This document shows, piece after piece, positions 36,236 through 48,441 of a stretch of 64,000 bases of DNA. A program made the translations under genes and the position numbers. The first letter of the stretch is position 1. The number at the start of each line of letters is the position of its first letter. The notes beneath the pieces were generated by a model. The model was not told the origin of the DNA and searched no databases. It saw only the letters and a program-made list of their open reading frames with translations. The stretch is from Podarcis erhardii (Eukaryota). Location of the stretch: assembly GCA_964252035.1 (NCBI GenBank), contig OZ176201.1, one strand, 5' to 3'.

Positions 36236-37169
36236 CCTGCTGATTGTAATGAATGAGGAGACTGACACAGGAGAAGGTGCTGACATTTGGGCCCAGATCA
36301 TTCATGGTTGCTTGTTGGACTCCAACTCACATCAGCTAGCATGGCTAATGGTCAAAGATTATTCTTCAACATCTAGAGGCCTATAGCTTCCCAGGGCCTA
36401 CTTAAGGTTTACATGGGGTGCATGTTTTGTAATGAAAAGGGCCCAGGTTCATTTCCTGGTGTCTCTAGGTGGAACTGCCAGAAACCTCAAAGAGATTACT
36501 GCAAGACAGCTTTTTATGTCCCTGTTTGGACATGGCTCAGAAGGATCAGATTTCTTTTGGAAGCTGCTATTTGTTTTGCAACCTATGTTAAGAGAGAGAT
36601 AACACCTAGGCTGCACAGAGACAGAGCAGCCTTGGCAATGATCTTCTGGTTGCATCATTTTATAGATCTGCACATCCACACTGTTTCGGCTGGGCTGCCC
36701 CATAGTCTGTTGGATTAGAGGTGATGGTTGATTAGCAAGAAGCTCTTCAGGCAATAGCAGAGGCAATCAGCACTGCAGTCACTCTCTGCTGGAGAAGGCT
36801 GATTTGCAGCAGCCCGCTCTCCACACTGAGTGCACTGCTCAGGAATATAAATACTGTTAATCCCTCACATTAATATCATCAGCTTTGATCGTCCTTCCCC
36901 ATTATCATCTCCTTGCTGTTAATGAAACAGATAGCCATAGGGGACAGGAGAGGGGGAACTAGCCTAATCAGTATATGGTGGTTGGAAATAGTGCAACTAA
37001 ACTGACAGGTCTGGGAGATTAGGGAGTTGAGGAAACCCAGAAGAGCCGATGCAAAATAAGCACTCCCTAATTTTTTGTTCATGTTGAAGCCAGGATCATA
37101 TGCCTGGTTTTCTGATGAAAGTAAAGCTTGGCTCCATTCACGACCTGATTTTGCCCATTTTAGAGGAAA

Positions 37170-37310
37170 TACCATACCTTAGTTACAGAGTAGGTGCTTT
37201 GCATGCAGAAGGTTCAGTCCCTGGTGCCTTCAGGCCAGGCTGGGAAAGACTCCTGACTGAAAACTTGGAGAGATGTTATTAGCTGGTATTGAAAATACTG
37301 AGCTGGATAG
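37170..37310 (+). mobile_element. tRNA-derived SINE with CR1-like tail (Squam2-like)
   Basis: gcatgcagaaggttcagtccctgg...ctgggaaagactcctg...aatactgagctggat. Confidence 0.6.
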
Positions 37311-38481
37311 CAATTCCATCACCCACTCGCCTGATAGAGAGGGAATGGCCTTTGCAGATATGGTTTTTGGGGTGACCAGTGAACTGTTTGTTCATCCCTA
37401 GGGTTTTTTTTCTGTTCAGGAAAGGAGGTCTCATTCTAACATGAGGGAGATCCAGGGGTCTCCTGGTAGTTGCTGTGTGAGACTAAAATATACAGCTTTC
37501 AAGGATGAGCGTGTGTGTAGATGAGGTGTTCCACTCACTTTTCCATTCCCTCATTCTTCAGAAAGTAAGCTTTTCCCAAAAATGGAAAAAGAGGTATAAA
37601 TCTCCATGCTTTCTGCAGTTTGTGAATATAAAAATGAATGGTGCAAACAATAATGCAACAATAGCTGTGGGAGACCTACAAACAGCACAAATTGCATCAC
37701 TCTAACAGAATCCAGTGCAGTTGTCTTTCACCCCAGCACTCATCACCAAATAATATTGAGGGATGGTTGATATTGGTCCACCATTCACAGAGGGAGATTC
37801 TTAAACCTCTGTTGCTTGGAAAGATGGCTTATTTACCATGGATTCATCTTCATACTCTTCTCCAAGAAGCATCCCTCTCTGCAGCAAAAGACATTAACAG
37901 GATTAGGCTTCATTTTTAACTTCAAGAAGGAGCCTGTAAGAACAACACAAAGTTTTGGGCAGGTCAGATAGGTCTTTTGCTGCACAGCAGCTCATCAAAG
38001 AGAGAGAGAGAGAGAGCAGGATCAGCCTGGAGCTCCAGTAATTAGATTCTCTGCTGCTGGAGGGTTGGTTGGCTGGCTGGTTGCCCAGGGGAAAAATGGC
38101 TCCCATGCATTTGTGTGGGGTCAGAGTGACATCAGATAGTTGGTTAAGCTCATCAGACTAGATGTTCACTTGGGCTATCTGAGTAGATATAGCCTAAGAA
38201 GGTATTATTTGCCAGTGCAAATATTTTGAAGCACCAGCAAGTTGGGAGCATGTTCCTTGTTATGAAGACCATTTCCCTTCAACTGTTGTGACACTGCACA
38301 AAGGGAGATCTAGAGGAGCATGACTGGTTTGGTAGCACCAGGTGAGGCGCTTCTGGGGCACTGCAGCAGGCACCACAGCTGTGACCTCTAATGGAAGGCA
38401 AGAGGTGGTGGGTGGGTGGGGGTGCACTGGATTTTGGCATCACACAAGGCACCACTGAAATTTGAGACACCAAGGTCTACC

Positions 38482-38988
38482 TGTCAGGCTTCGGGGAATC
38501 TGCTTCCTCCTCTGTGGCCAAAAATGAGCAGATCAAATCAAAAGAATTCTTACCAGTTAGTTTTTTAAATAAACACAGCAAAGGACAAAAGAAAGTGTCA
38601 ACCCAGAATGGTGGTGCTCCCAATTAAGGCTTACACCCCCTCTGTCCCTATTAATCTACGTCACACCTACATCTTGTAATCTGAGCTTGTACCTGCTGTG
38701 CTTTCTGATATGTGACTTTTTGAGCTCTTCTTGACCTTGGGCTGGGCAGAGGAATGCTGTCCAGACTGTGAATCTGTTAACCCTCTCTCTTCCAGTGTTT
38801 CTTTTCCTTGCTGTTCCACACCCTGTATTTCCCAGCTTCTGCCTTCTGAACTATGCCCCTCTGCAAACCACTGTTCCAAATCTATACTGTCCTCCTGCTC
38901 CTGGGAAGATTCAGGAGCAGGAGCAAGGGGAGGCAGTGGCTCCCACCATTCCTCCTCAGTACAGCCCTCCTCAGCACAGTCCCTGACA
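38482..38988 (-). mobile_element. Solo LTR (507 bp), related to 15962-16460
   Basis: TGTCAGG...CCTGACA termini; shared 5' sequence gaggaggaatggtgg...gacagtatagattt and 3' taaaaaa..aactg.taagaa; flanks ctacc/tcacc only partly match. Confidence 0.7.
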
Positions 38989-39512
38989 TCACCACTGCAT
39001 TGCACTACTCATTTCATTGGCTATGCTATTCATTTTTGTGTTAATAACTGAGGGTGGGATTCAACTAATGAGTCCTGGTAGTGGAAAGCAGCACAAGGGC
39101 TCCTGCTAGTGCAATGGTGTTATCTCCTCCTAGTCCCCTCACCCCTGAAACTAGCTTAGGGGATTCAGGAGAACCTCCAGAACAGTGCATGGGGGAAGGA
39201 GAGGGGAGATTGCTCCATGTGGCAAGCTGAAACATTTGCCCTGATGGAATGATCAACTTAGGGCTACTTGGAATTCCTCCCCAACTCTTACTTGTGGCTG
39301 GGACTAAAACATGGAGGCTGAGCTGTAAGTGAGCACAATGAATGTATGTGGAATGTTTTCACTTCTTACATAGTGAAAAACTTACAATCTCCATGTTTTT
39401 GGGTGCACAAGTGAATTTGTAAACACCTTAACTCTTAAAGCAAAGCATTATTGATCCTTGTAGGTGTTCAAATGTTCTTCATAAATTAATCCAGTTTAAA
39501 GCACTATGGGTT

Positions 39513-39577
39513 CTCCCTCCCTCCCTCCCTCCCTCCCTCCCTTCCTTCCTTCCTTCCTTCCTTCCTTCCTTCCTTCC
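39513..39577. repeat. (CCCT)n(CCTT)n microsatellite
   Basis: Direct reading. Confidence 0.95.
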
Positions 39578-42500
39578 CAACAGCTCCAGGAACATTTTTA
39601 AATCCCAGGCTCCCAGAGAGGTTTATGGTATGATAACACCCCCATCTTATAGTCATAGCTCAAAGTCTTTATCTTGTTTCAAATCCCACCCCAAATTTAT
39701 TATATTATGACCAGTTTGTAAACCATTACTGCTTGTGCCCATTGTCTTCTTTGTACTGAAAAGCTGCCTCCGCTACTTTTCCCTTTGATATATTTATAGT
39801 GCCTTCTCATATCCCAGCTCAATCTCCTCCTTTTCACTGTGAAGTGCTTACCTTGCCTCTCAGTCATTGTCCTCACAAGCTGCTACTAATTTTGTTCTTT
39901 TGAGGTGGAATGCCACCATTTTATTTTCCCTGAGAAGTCCCTGAACAAGCTTAAGCATAAAGAATGACCAGAAAACCCTGACCTTCCACCAGCACGTTCC
40001 CTTGGCAACAGCCAATTTGCTATTATGGAACTGAAAGTGGAATTCTGGTCTGTTCATAGAAAATAACAGCTACCTATTCAGACTAGGTCACAAGGAATTC
40101 ACATATGGATCTATTTCCTCGGAAACAAGAACAAATACAATTCTGTTGGGAACTTGCAGTCTTCCATGACTCCAGGTAATGTGACCTGTGATGGATCCTC
40201 CATTTTTTTATTTAGGACTGGGGCAGGATTGAAAATAGATTATGATCAGTCTTCAGTGTGGTTAACTATCCTTCTGGACTTTTTGGTACCAAGACAATGT
40301 TTTGGTGCCAAAAAGTCCAGAAGGATAGTTCCAAGCAAATTGCCCTGGGAAGGCAATTCCATAACTGGGTGCGGTCACTAGGAGCAGCCATTCTTTCTGC
40401 TAAGCTGGTCCCAAGTCATATTGGGCTTTAAAACAGGGATCAGAAACTTCATACCGTGGGGCTGAATGTGCCTCTCCAGGAGTTTCTCTTTGGCCCCGAG
40501 GATTCACACTTACTCCTCACTAGCTCTGCTTCATGTACTTCTTGAGTGTGCCTAGCTGGAATATGCCCTTGAAACGTGACCACGCCTCTTGCTTTCCTAG
40601 GTGGGGTGTGAAATGTAGCCTACCAAACGAGGGTAATAGACCCACATTTTGTCACTTACCCACCCACCACTGGCACGTGCCTCCCTGACAAGTCTCTCAT
40701 TAGGGAACTGCATTGCATTTGCATTTATATCCCACCTTTACTCCAAGGAGCAAAAGGTGGCATACATAGTTCTCCTCCCCATTTCATCCTCACAACATTT
40801 AATTTCACATTTAATTAGAATAGTATTGAAACTCCTCTTAGTTGGTCATTTTTTAAATTTTATTTTTTATTTTGCTATTTGCAAAAATGTCTCTTGATTC
40901 TCCAAAACTTCTGTTGATCCTCTGAACAATCTTTTGTTCTTCTGGCTCAGAACTTTTGTCAGCAGTCTTCAGAAGACATAACATGCTGCCATTGCACGAT
41001 GATGTCCCTACACTGTGCCAAACATCACTGGCCAATAGCACATACAGTGACAACACTATATTTTGATGAATGTGATTGTCTGAACTTTTCTAATCACAAC
41101 TGACAGTGAGTTGGCGGTGGTGGGACACCCAACAGCAATTGTGTTGGCAGTGGCTATTCAAGTGACAGAGAGGTATGAAAAATAGCACCAAACCAGTGCA
41201 GATGGAACCTCAGACGATCAGAAAATTATGTAAGCATTCTACTCTGCTGAACGTTCATTTTACTTTGAAACCTGGTTTTATAACAACATGCAAACCATGC
41301 ATAAGCCTTCATAAGTTCATATCAGACATTTACAAAAATCTACGCCTACATTTATTTATTATGCTCATGTGTTGTTGTTGTTTTTCTAGTAAACAGCTCT
41401 TACAGCATCCCTCTTACCCAGGGCTTGGAAATAGGTTACAACCAAGGCTGTGGTGATTGCAATGCCTTGACAGAGGACAATTTGGGGGTCACAAATGACC
41501 CAGTAAATTCAAGCCAAGATGTATGGAAGAACCAATAATCACAGTGACTTCAGTCAATCATTCAGTCAGTCGGAGTTTTACGGGATTTCAGTCAATTATT
41601 AAGAAAACATGCTGTTCATTCCTATAATGATGTAATAAAAAGATAAACGTTGGAGGATTCTTTGAGGCAAGGACACACAGCGAATCATTGTCAGAGTTGT
41701 TGTTCATAAAGTGGATAGCGACAATCATAGCTATGTGTTAATGTGCACATGTATTGCATGCTAACTAGAACGCTTGGACATTCAATAAAGCTGAAGCTGT
41801 GTACACATTACTGTATCAGCTTAAAACAGAGCGAGTCCCCCTACAGTATTTCCATTCAACTTAGCATATTGTTGTACATATCCCTGCCCTTTGATGTGCT
41901 CAGTGTGTTTGTGCTCAGGTCCTGCTTGCAGGGTTCCCACAGGGACCTGGCTGGCTACTGTGAGAATAGGATGCTAGACTAGATGGACCACTGGTCTGAT
42001 CCGACAGGACTTTTCTTCTGTTTTTAAAATCAACAAAGAAGTACATGGTTTAGAGGTGTAGCACTAAAGGCACCTGAAAATCAGAAGCATAGAAGTGTGT
42101 CAGAACTTAACACTTTTCTCTGAGCACAGAACTCCAGTGCAATGCTCAGATTCTCACTTTCAGCTAATCCATTTACTGCTCGCAACTCTTTGCAGAGACG
42201 CTGGATGATTTATGGTTCCGCATCAGAAACATACAAAATTCATGGGTGCAGATCCTCACGCCATTTGTCATTTGAAGTTGCAGCATGGGATTTTGCTTAT
42301 AGACACTCAGCGGCTGTTTGATCACTCAGGCCGACTTGCTTAATTTGTATCCAGCAAGGGAGGTAATATGAGGGCTTCTTTAAATTTCCTCAAAGTCTAG
42401 TAAAAACGCCTCGTCCAATCCTGGTTTGTACTCACAGTTATCGCCATGTCCAGATGGCTGTTGTAAACAAGGCTGGATATATATCCAGAAGACACCTGTC

Positions 42501-42699
42501 CCCCGCAGACCATATGCGCTAGCAAGTCCGCCCCATGCTGATCCTCCACTCTTTCTCGCCCATATACACTGTGGGCAGCAGTAAACATTCATTAGTGCAA
42601 CCGTGCAACCCACATGGCTGGAGTTCTGCTGCAGTAGTATAAGAAAGTCATCCATATGACCCAGCTTGTAGGTTTCCAGGTTAGCGGATATACTGCACC

Positions 42700-42980
42700 G
42701 AAGAAGAAGAAGAAGAAGAAGAAGAAGAAGAAGAAGAGGAGGAGGAGGAGTTTGGATTTGATATCCCACCTTTCACTCCCCTTCAGGAGTCTCAAAGTGG
42801 CTAACAATCTCCTTTCCCTTCCTCCCCCACAACAAACACTCTGTGAGGTGAGTGGGGCTGAGAGACTTCAAAGAAGTGTGACTGGCCCAAGGTCACCCAG
42901 CAGCTGCATGTGGAGGAGCGGAGACGCGAACCCGGTTCCCCAGATTACGTGACTACCAGTCTTAACCACTACACCACACT
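42700..42980 (-). mobile_element. MIR/Ther1-derived SINE (Squam3-like) with (TTC)n/(TCC)n tail
   Basis: A box tggtgtagtgg, B box ggttcgcgtc, CORE gtgaccttgggccagtcac, L2-like tail; second copy at 57153-57394. Confidence 0.85.
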
Positions 42981-43044
42981 GTAGCCACAATGAGGTTGGA
43001 GCCATGACATTAGGTAACACCAGACTTCAGACAAGTTCTGGTGT

Positions 43045-43235
43045 GACCGAAAGCAGGAGAGAAGCTCTAGCTCAGTGATAAAGTGTATATGAGGTCCTAA
43101 CATCCAATGTTTGCACTTTTAGTTATAGGATCTCAGGGATTAGAGAGGCGTTGGCCTGAGACCATAGGCAGCTATTGTGGCTAGGCTAGATGCACTAGTG
43201 GTTTGGCACAGAATAAAGCAACTTCATATGTTCAT
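43045..43235 (+). mobile_element. Degenerate Squam2-like SINE
   Basis: tagctcagtgataaag head and ctagatgcactagtggtttggc..aaagcaacttcatatgttc tail. Confidence 0.45.
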
Positions 43236-45049
43236 TTTATTACATCCCTGCTGAGAGGAAGCATGTTTCCAGGGGTTCCAGGCACTCACCCAGGGTCGTG
43301 TTTCCTTTGGGAGTCCAGACACTGCAGAGGCTGTAAGTTTTAAGTTTAATGGTTTACCATATTTTACATTTTAAGTTTAATGGTTTACTATATACGTCTT
43401 CCATGGAAAGGGAGAGAGTTCACAGCATTGCATCCCAAGCAGGGCTTGTTCCCTGCAGCAGCACAGCATTACAGTCTGAGGCATCTTGTATGCCATCCCT
43501 GTACATCTCTCCCAGCCTCCCAAGATGGTTCTCCCCTTCACCGCACCATACAGAGTTCCACCTGCTTCCTTTCTTCTTCCCAGCAAACCCTTTGCCTCCT
43601 TCCTGCCACCTCACACCCCTCCCCATCACTTTGGTAACCTCTGCTTTGCACAGACCTCAGCTTTGAAAAGTTTTGAGGTGATAAGATAACAACTGCTTAT
43701 TGTTTCATATTGACTTGCATTCAACTAGCTCAACCAGGCTAGTTTGCGTAGGCTACACCCAGGAGAACTGCTGCAGCCTGTAATATTCCAAATATTAGCT
43801 GGATTCTGACATTCATTAATTTCTTGGGTTTAGCTCCCCGCCCCCCCAACCTTACAACATCATATTTTCCTGGTTTATCTGATGGAGCCAGTCAGTGGGT
43901 GAGCACCATGCCTTCTGCTCATGCAAATTTGTTCCCTATTTGGTTAAAAACACTTTTGTTTTTTTTTCTGTTTCTACATTCATGTCTCCTCCTGCTTTGC
44001 CACCACCTGTGGCAGCAGCAGAAGTCTGCTTGGTGGCTGCCACTTGGTGGCTGCCATTTTATTTTCCCAGAATGCTCCAGTCATTGCATTGTTCTATAAC
44101 ATCCTGGGGAGAGAAGATAGCAACCTCCAACTCCCATAATGATGGCCTCACTGGCAACTGCCCCTTGTTTGTTGCCCACGGGTTCCCTAAGGGTTAGTGC
44201 TTGTAGGAAATGTTTCCTATCCCTTTCATCTTAGGCTGCATGTCAACCTTCGATTATAGCAGATATTCTTTCAAAAAAGTCAGACGAATCCCAGATTACA
44301 TTGTGGGGCGGGGGCAGAGGAGAAGGATCTACATAGGCTTAGCGTCCAATGTTTGGCAAAGCTCATTTCCGCTGTCATAAATTTTACTCATCAGAAGCAA
44401 GTTATTCAGCTTTGAAAAGTTTCCTTGCAGATCCTGGATTTTCCTTTGGAGCTGAAACCTGCTGAGAGAACAGAAGAGATCTGAGAAGTGAGAGAAGGGA
44501 GCCTTTTTCTAAACTACAACAGATGATAAGCCTGATAAATCTATTCCACACACGCTGAAAAAACAGTCGTGACCTTTCAGCTTCCAAAAGGCATGGTTGC
44601 TGGATGTCTCGGCGCAGACAGGACAAGGAGAGGGAAATAACCGAGGAGCTGCTGAAAGAAAAACAGCCCCAGTCTCCTCATTCCTTCTTAGACAGCCTGG
44701 CATCTCAGACTGGATTGCTTTTGCCGCACAAGGGAAGAAAGCCCAGTGAAGCATGAAAAGAGAGTGTGATAAAGATACACTAGCTGCCATTCTCCCTCCA
44801 GAAGAAACCAAGTAAGCTCTCAGGTGCAGGTCATTTTTCTCAAAAAGTATTGCTACAGGAAGAGCAGAACTAGAAGCCAGCTCTTCCTTTTGCCTCACCC
44901 CTTCTCTATCCACCTTCCCTTTTCATTTGTATTTACTTTTCACACAACAGCAGCTGCTTGCCAATGCATTCCACTTGGTTTGGGGCAACTTGTCACCAGG
45001 GGCCCCTAGGCAGCTAAGCACACACAAATCCTGAAAGGTATGAGACAGT

Positions 45050-46135
45050 CATAAGAAGAGCCCTATTGATTCAGATCAATGGCCCATCAAATCCTGTTCT
45101 TACAGTGGCCAACCAGAGGCCCATGGGAAGAAGCCCACAAGAAGGACTGACCTGACTGCAGCAGCACCCTCCCCAATTGTGATTCTCAGCAATTGGTATT
45201 CAGATATATACTGCCTTCGACAGTGGAGGCAGAGCATAGTTATCACGGCTAGTAGCCAATTGATAGCCTTACCATCCATGGATTTGTCTAATCCTCTTTT
45301 AAAGCCACCCAAGTTGGTGGCCATCACTTCCTCATGGGGAAGTGAGTTCCATTAAATATGCACTGTGTGAATAAGTATTTTATCTGCCTTGAATCTTCCA
45401 ACATTCAGCTTCATTGGTTGTCCATGATTTCTAGTGTTAGGAAAGAAGAAGGAAAACTTTTCTCTATCCACTTTTTCCATGCCGTGCACAGTATTTATAA
45501 GAAACCTACCAGGTTGCACACCTTTTCTCCAAACTAAAAACTCTCGAACCTAAAAAGTCACCAAACCAAAAAGTCACCCGACCCCTTGATCATTCTGGTT
45601 GCTCTTGGACTCAGCTACATTAGGCAAAATAGTGTTTTGAATGTATTATAAACATGCAACACTAGATGGCGGTGGAGAGGGAAAAAAATCCTTGTGATTT
45701 TCCATAGCGTTTCCCCCCCTTTTGTTCCCTTTTGTTTTTTTCCCTTTTGTTATAACCAGTGCTTTTTTTTCTTTAAAAGTGTTTAGGGGTATTCTCATTT
45801 TGACTTAAGAAAATCACCATTTTATGGTTCAAATTGGGGAAAATAAATATAGTAAATGGACAAAAGTACAAAGATTCACAAAATGCTTAGGGGTATGTAT
45901 CCCCCTGAGTCCCCACAGAAAAAAGCACTGGTTATAACAATTTAATTTCTGACTTACTGTTTTTATAGTGGTTTCCCCCCCTGTGTGTAGATGCACCCCT
46001 TTTCTGAACATTTTCCTTTATGAGGTGAAGTGACCAGAGCTGTACGCTGCATTGCAAATGCGGCCATACCATCATGGCATTATGATGTCAGCAGTTTTAT
46101 TTTCCTAATGATCCTTAGCATGACATTTGCCTCCC
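45050..46135 (-). mobile_element. Old CR1-type LINE 3' portion, interrupted by a MITE
   Basis: cataagaa tail end; minus-strand peptide MMATNLGGFKRGLDK; RT C-terminal similarity at ~46000-46135. Confidence 0.7.
45757..45930. mobile_element. hAT MITE
   Basis: TIR cagtgctttttt / aaaaaagcactg; 8-bp TSD gttataac (45749-45756; 45931-45938). Confidence 0.88.
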
Positions 46136-46227
46136 TGCCCCCAGCAGTTGCCTCACTCTGTCCATCCTTGGGGCTCTTCTACTTCATTACACTCTCCTCT
46201 TTCCTTTGAGCCATATGATTTCACTCA

Positions 46228-46308
46228 TTTTGGATTGTGGTGGTGAACCACTTAGAGCTCAGCTTGATATTTGTATGTCGGGAAAGCGGCATAGAAATAT
46301 CCAATCCA
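46228..46308 (+). mobile_element. L2-type 3' end with (ATCCA)n tail, split by the L1 derivative
   Basis: ggtgaaccacttagag..gaaagcggcatagaaat then atcca repeats resuming at 48442. Confidence 0.55.
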
Positions 46309-48441
46309 GGACTTCTGGGTTAGCGCCTCTGGCAATGGCGGAGCTCCTCCGATTGGGAGGAACTTGCTCCGTGAAAAGTAGGGTCTGATCCGCCACGGCG
46401 AAGGCGGAGACCCACTGAAATCACAGGCGGAAGAAGCCTATGAACTTGGGATTCGGCTGGCACCCTTTGTGCCTCCCCTACTTGCGGGGAAACCCTGTTT
46501 TGGGGATCCGGAGCGGCGGGGGGTGAGCGGCGCGGTGCTTTGAATCGACTGCTTCTTTCACGGAGTGAAGCCACATTGCTGCTGCCGGAGAGCGCTGACT
46601 TTTTCCTGTGGACAATTGGACTTTAAACAACAACCCGTGAGTAGTACGGAAAATTGGATCTTTAAATACCTTAATTTGACATCGAATGGGGAAGGTTCAA
46701 AACAGGAAGTCCGCCTTCCCCTTTTGTAAATAGACTGAAGCAAAGAGCTTACAAGTTAAGGTCTTGGAAAGCCTTATGTAAAGGATTAAATTTCAATCGA
46801 TTGAAATTAGTAGACCCCCCTTGGAAGCAGGAGAAGAGGGGGAAAATTTTGGACCGTGTATCCTGCAGGAGAGAGTGATTAGAATTAAATTGCCACTGCT
46901 CTGAACCTGGGAACGGACTGACAGTGATTGACGTTTTGGGAGAGTTCATTGACAGCGAAGAGAACGGATGTTGACAGTCGGTTGAATAAGAGAAATATAT
47001 TGTTTCCATTGTCCGCTTCTGTGTCTAAAAGGGAGGAAAAGTAACTGAAAATTGAAACCAACTTTACTTTTTGAACTTTCTTTGAAAGGATTGATACAAG
47101 TGGAGACTGTGCCCCTCTAGAGGGAGCTTTTGAAACTGTTACAAGAGTGGAGCTGGGAAATCTCCAGCTGCTTGATAAGAAGTGTGGGAACTAGAGATTG
47201 ACCTTGGACATTCGAGAATGTCAACAGGAGAAGCCTTAGTAACTGCATTTTGCAAGATAAACTATTTGCTGGAACAGCTTCATAAAAAAATGGATGTTAT
47301 GATTACTAAAACTGACATTTTGGGACCAAAAGTGAGCACCAATACAGAAATTATTCAGGATTTGGCACAGGAATCTATTTTAACAGGACAAATTGTTGAA
47401 AAGGAGAAGGAGAAAGTTGCTGTTGTCGAACCTAAAGCAATACAAGGGGAAGCCTTAGTCTTACAGAGGCAAATCGAAGACTATAAGTTGAGGCCCTTTA
47501 TGATTGAAACTAGAAAAAGTCAGACTCTGAAGATCGGAGCCTGGCCTGGACTGGAAAAGGAAAGTTGGAAAGATCCCTCTATGCAGGGATTAACTGACTT
47601 TTGGAATATGGACTTGGGTCAGGAGGAGATTGGAGCTCGGGAGACCTTTGGAGTTGGAGGAATTTTGAAATATGCCCTGAAATACTTTATGAATCCTAGC
47701 TTTAATTGTGGAAATTTGGCTGACCTGTCGAGAGGGAGTGGAGGTGTCGTTGGATTGGAGTTTCCTCGAGATCTGCTCTTTAGCATCAAAGAATATGAAG
47801 AAGAACTGCAGAAGGGACGTGGAAAAGAGTTAAGAGCCTCGGACATAAGATCTCCAGGTTGATGGACTGTATGGAGTGGACGGAAGTGTCTGGCAGAGCC
47901 CGAGACCGGGGAGAGGAGATGGTGGAAGAAGACTGGAAGATTTAAAGTCTATATATAGAAATATTGTAAAATTAATGAGTGACAGGAAAATGTTGGAATG
48001 AATTTTTATGGCCTTAGTAGACATGGTATAAGGAGTTAAGCTTAAATAAGTATACTAATTTTAATGGAAATAAGATTAAAAATATGTTAAGACATTTATA
48101 TGATAGAAAATGGAGAAAGTTGGAAAGGAATTGCTGAAACAATTAATGGAAGTGGAATACAAAGAGGGAGGTGAGAGGAGGTCGATGATATAAGGGAATG
48201 AAAGTTAGAATATGGAAAAGGTATGATGTATGTTTTTAAAATGTTTTTGTTTTGTTTTGCTTAGTTCAATGTGTTAGATAATGTGTTAAGGTTGTGTTTT
48301 GTATGGTTTATATATTGTATTGTATTGTTTTATTTTTTCTTGTTTCTTGTTTCTTGTTCTTGTTCTTTCCCCCCCCTCTCTTGTCTCTTTTTCCTTTTTA
48401 AAAAGTAATAAATACTATTTTTTTAAAAAAATAAAATACAG
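46309..48441 (+). mobile_element. Non-autonomous L1 derivative (5' UTR, ORF1-like, last ~40 codons of ORF2, 3' UTR; HAL1-like)
   Basis: 12-bp TSD atatccaatcca (46297-46308; 48442-48453); CpG-rich 5' end with YY1-like aatggcgg at 46334; 47857-48000 homologous to 15080-15230; AATAAA and A-rich tail. Confidence 0.8.
47182..47862 (+). CDS. L1 ORF1p-like protein (coiled-coil-like region then degenerate RRM start); likely ATG at 47218
   Basis: 226-codon open frame; heptad-like KINYLLEQLHKKMDVMITK; TLKIGAWPGLE at the position expected for NLRIxGxPE. Confidence 0.55.
   Translation: MWELEIDLGHSRMSTGEALVTAFCKINYLLEQLHKKMDVMITKTDILGPKVSTNTEIIQDLAQESILTGQIVEKEKEKVAVVEPKAIQGEALVLQRQIEDYKLRPFMIETRKSQTLKIGAWPGLEKESWKDPSMQGLTDFWNMDLGQEEIGARETFGVGGILKYALKYFMNPSFNCGNLADLSRGSGGVVGLEFPRDLLFSIKEYEEELQKGRGKELRASDIRSPG

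Noticed and set aside
42380-42700. CpG-retaining ORF possibly from a Harbinger transposase or pseudogene
   Set aside because: Only vague W-spaced resemblance; no DDE motif or TIR; the ORF start is a SINE tail.
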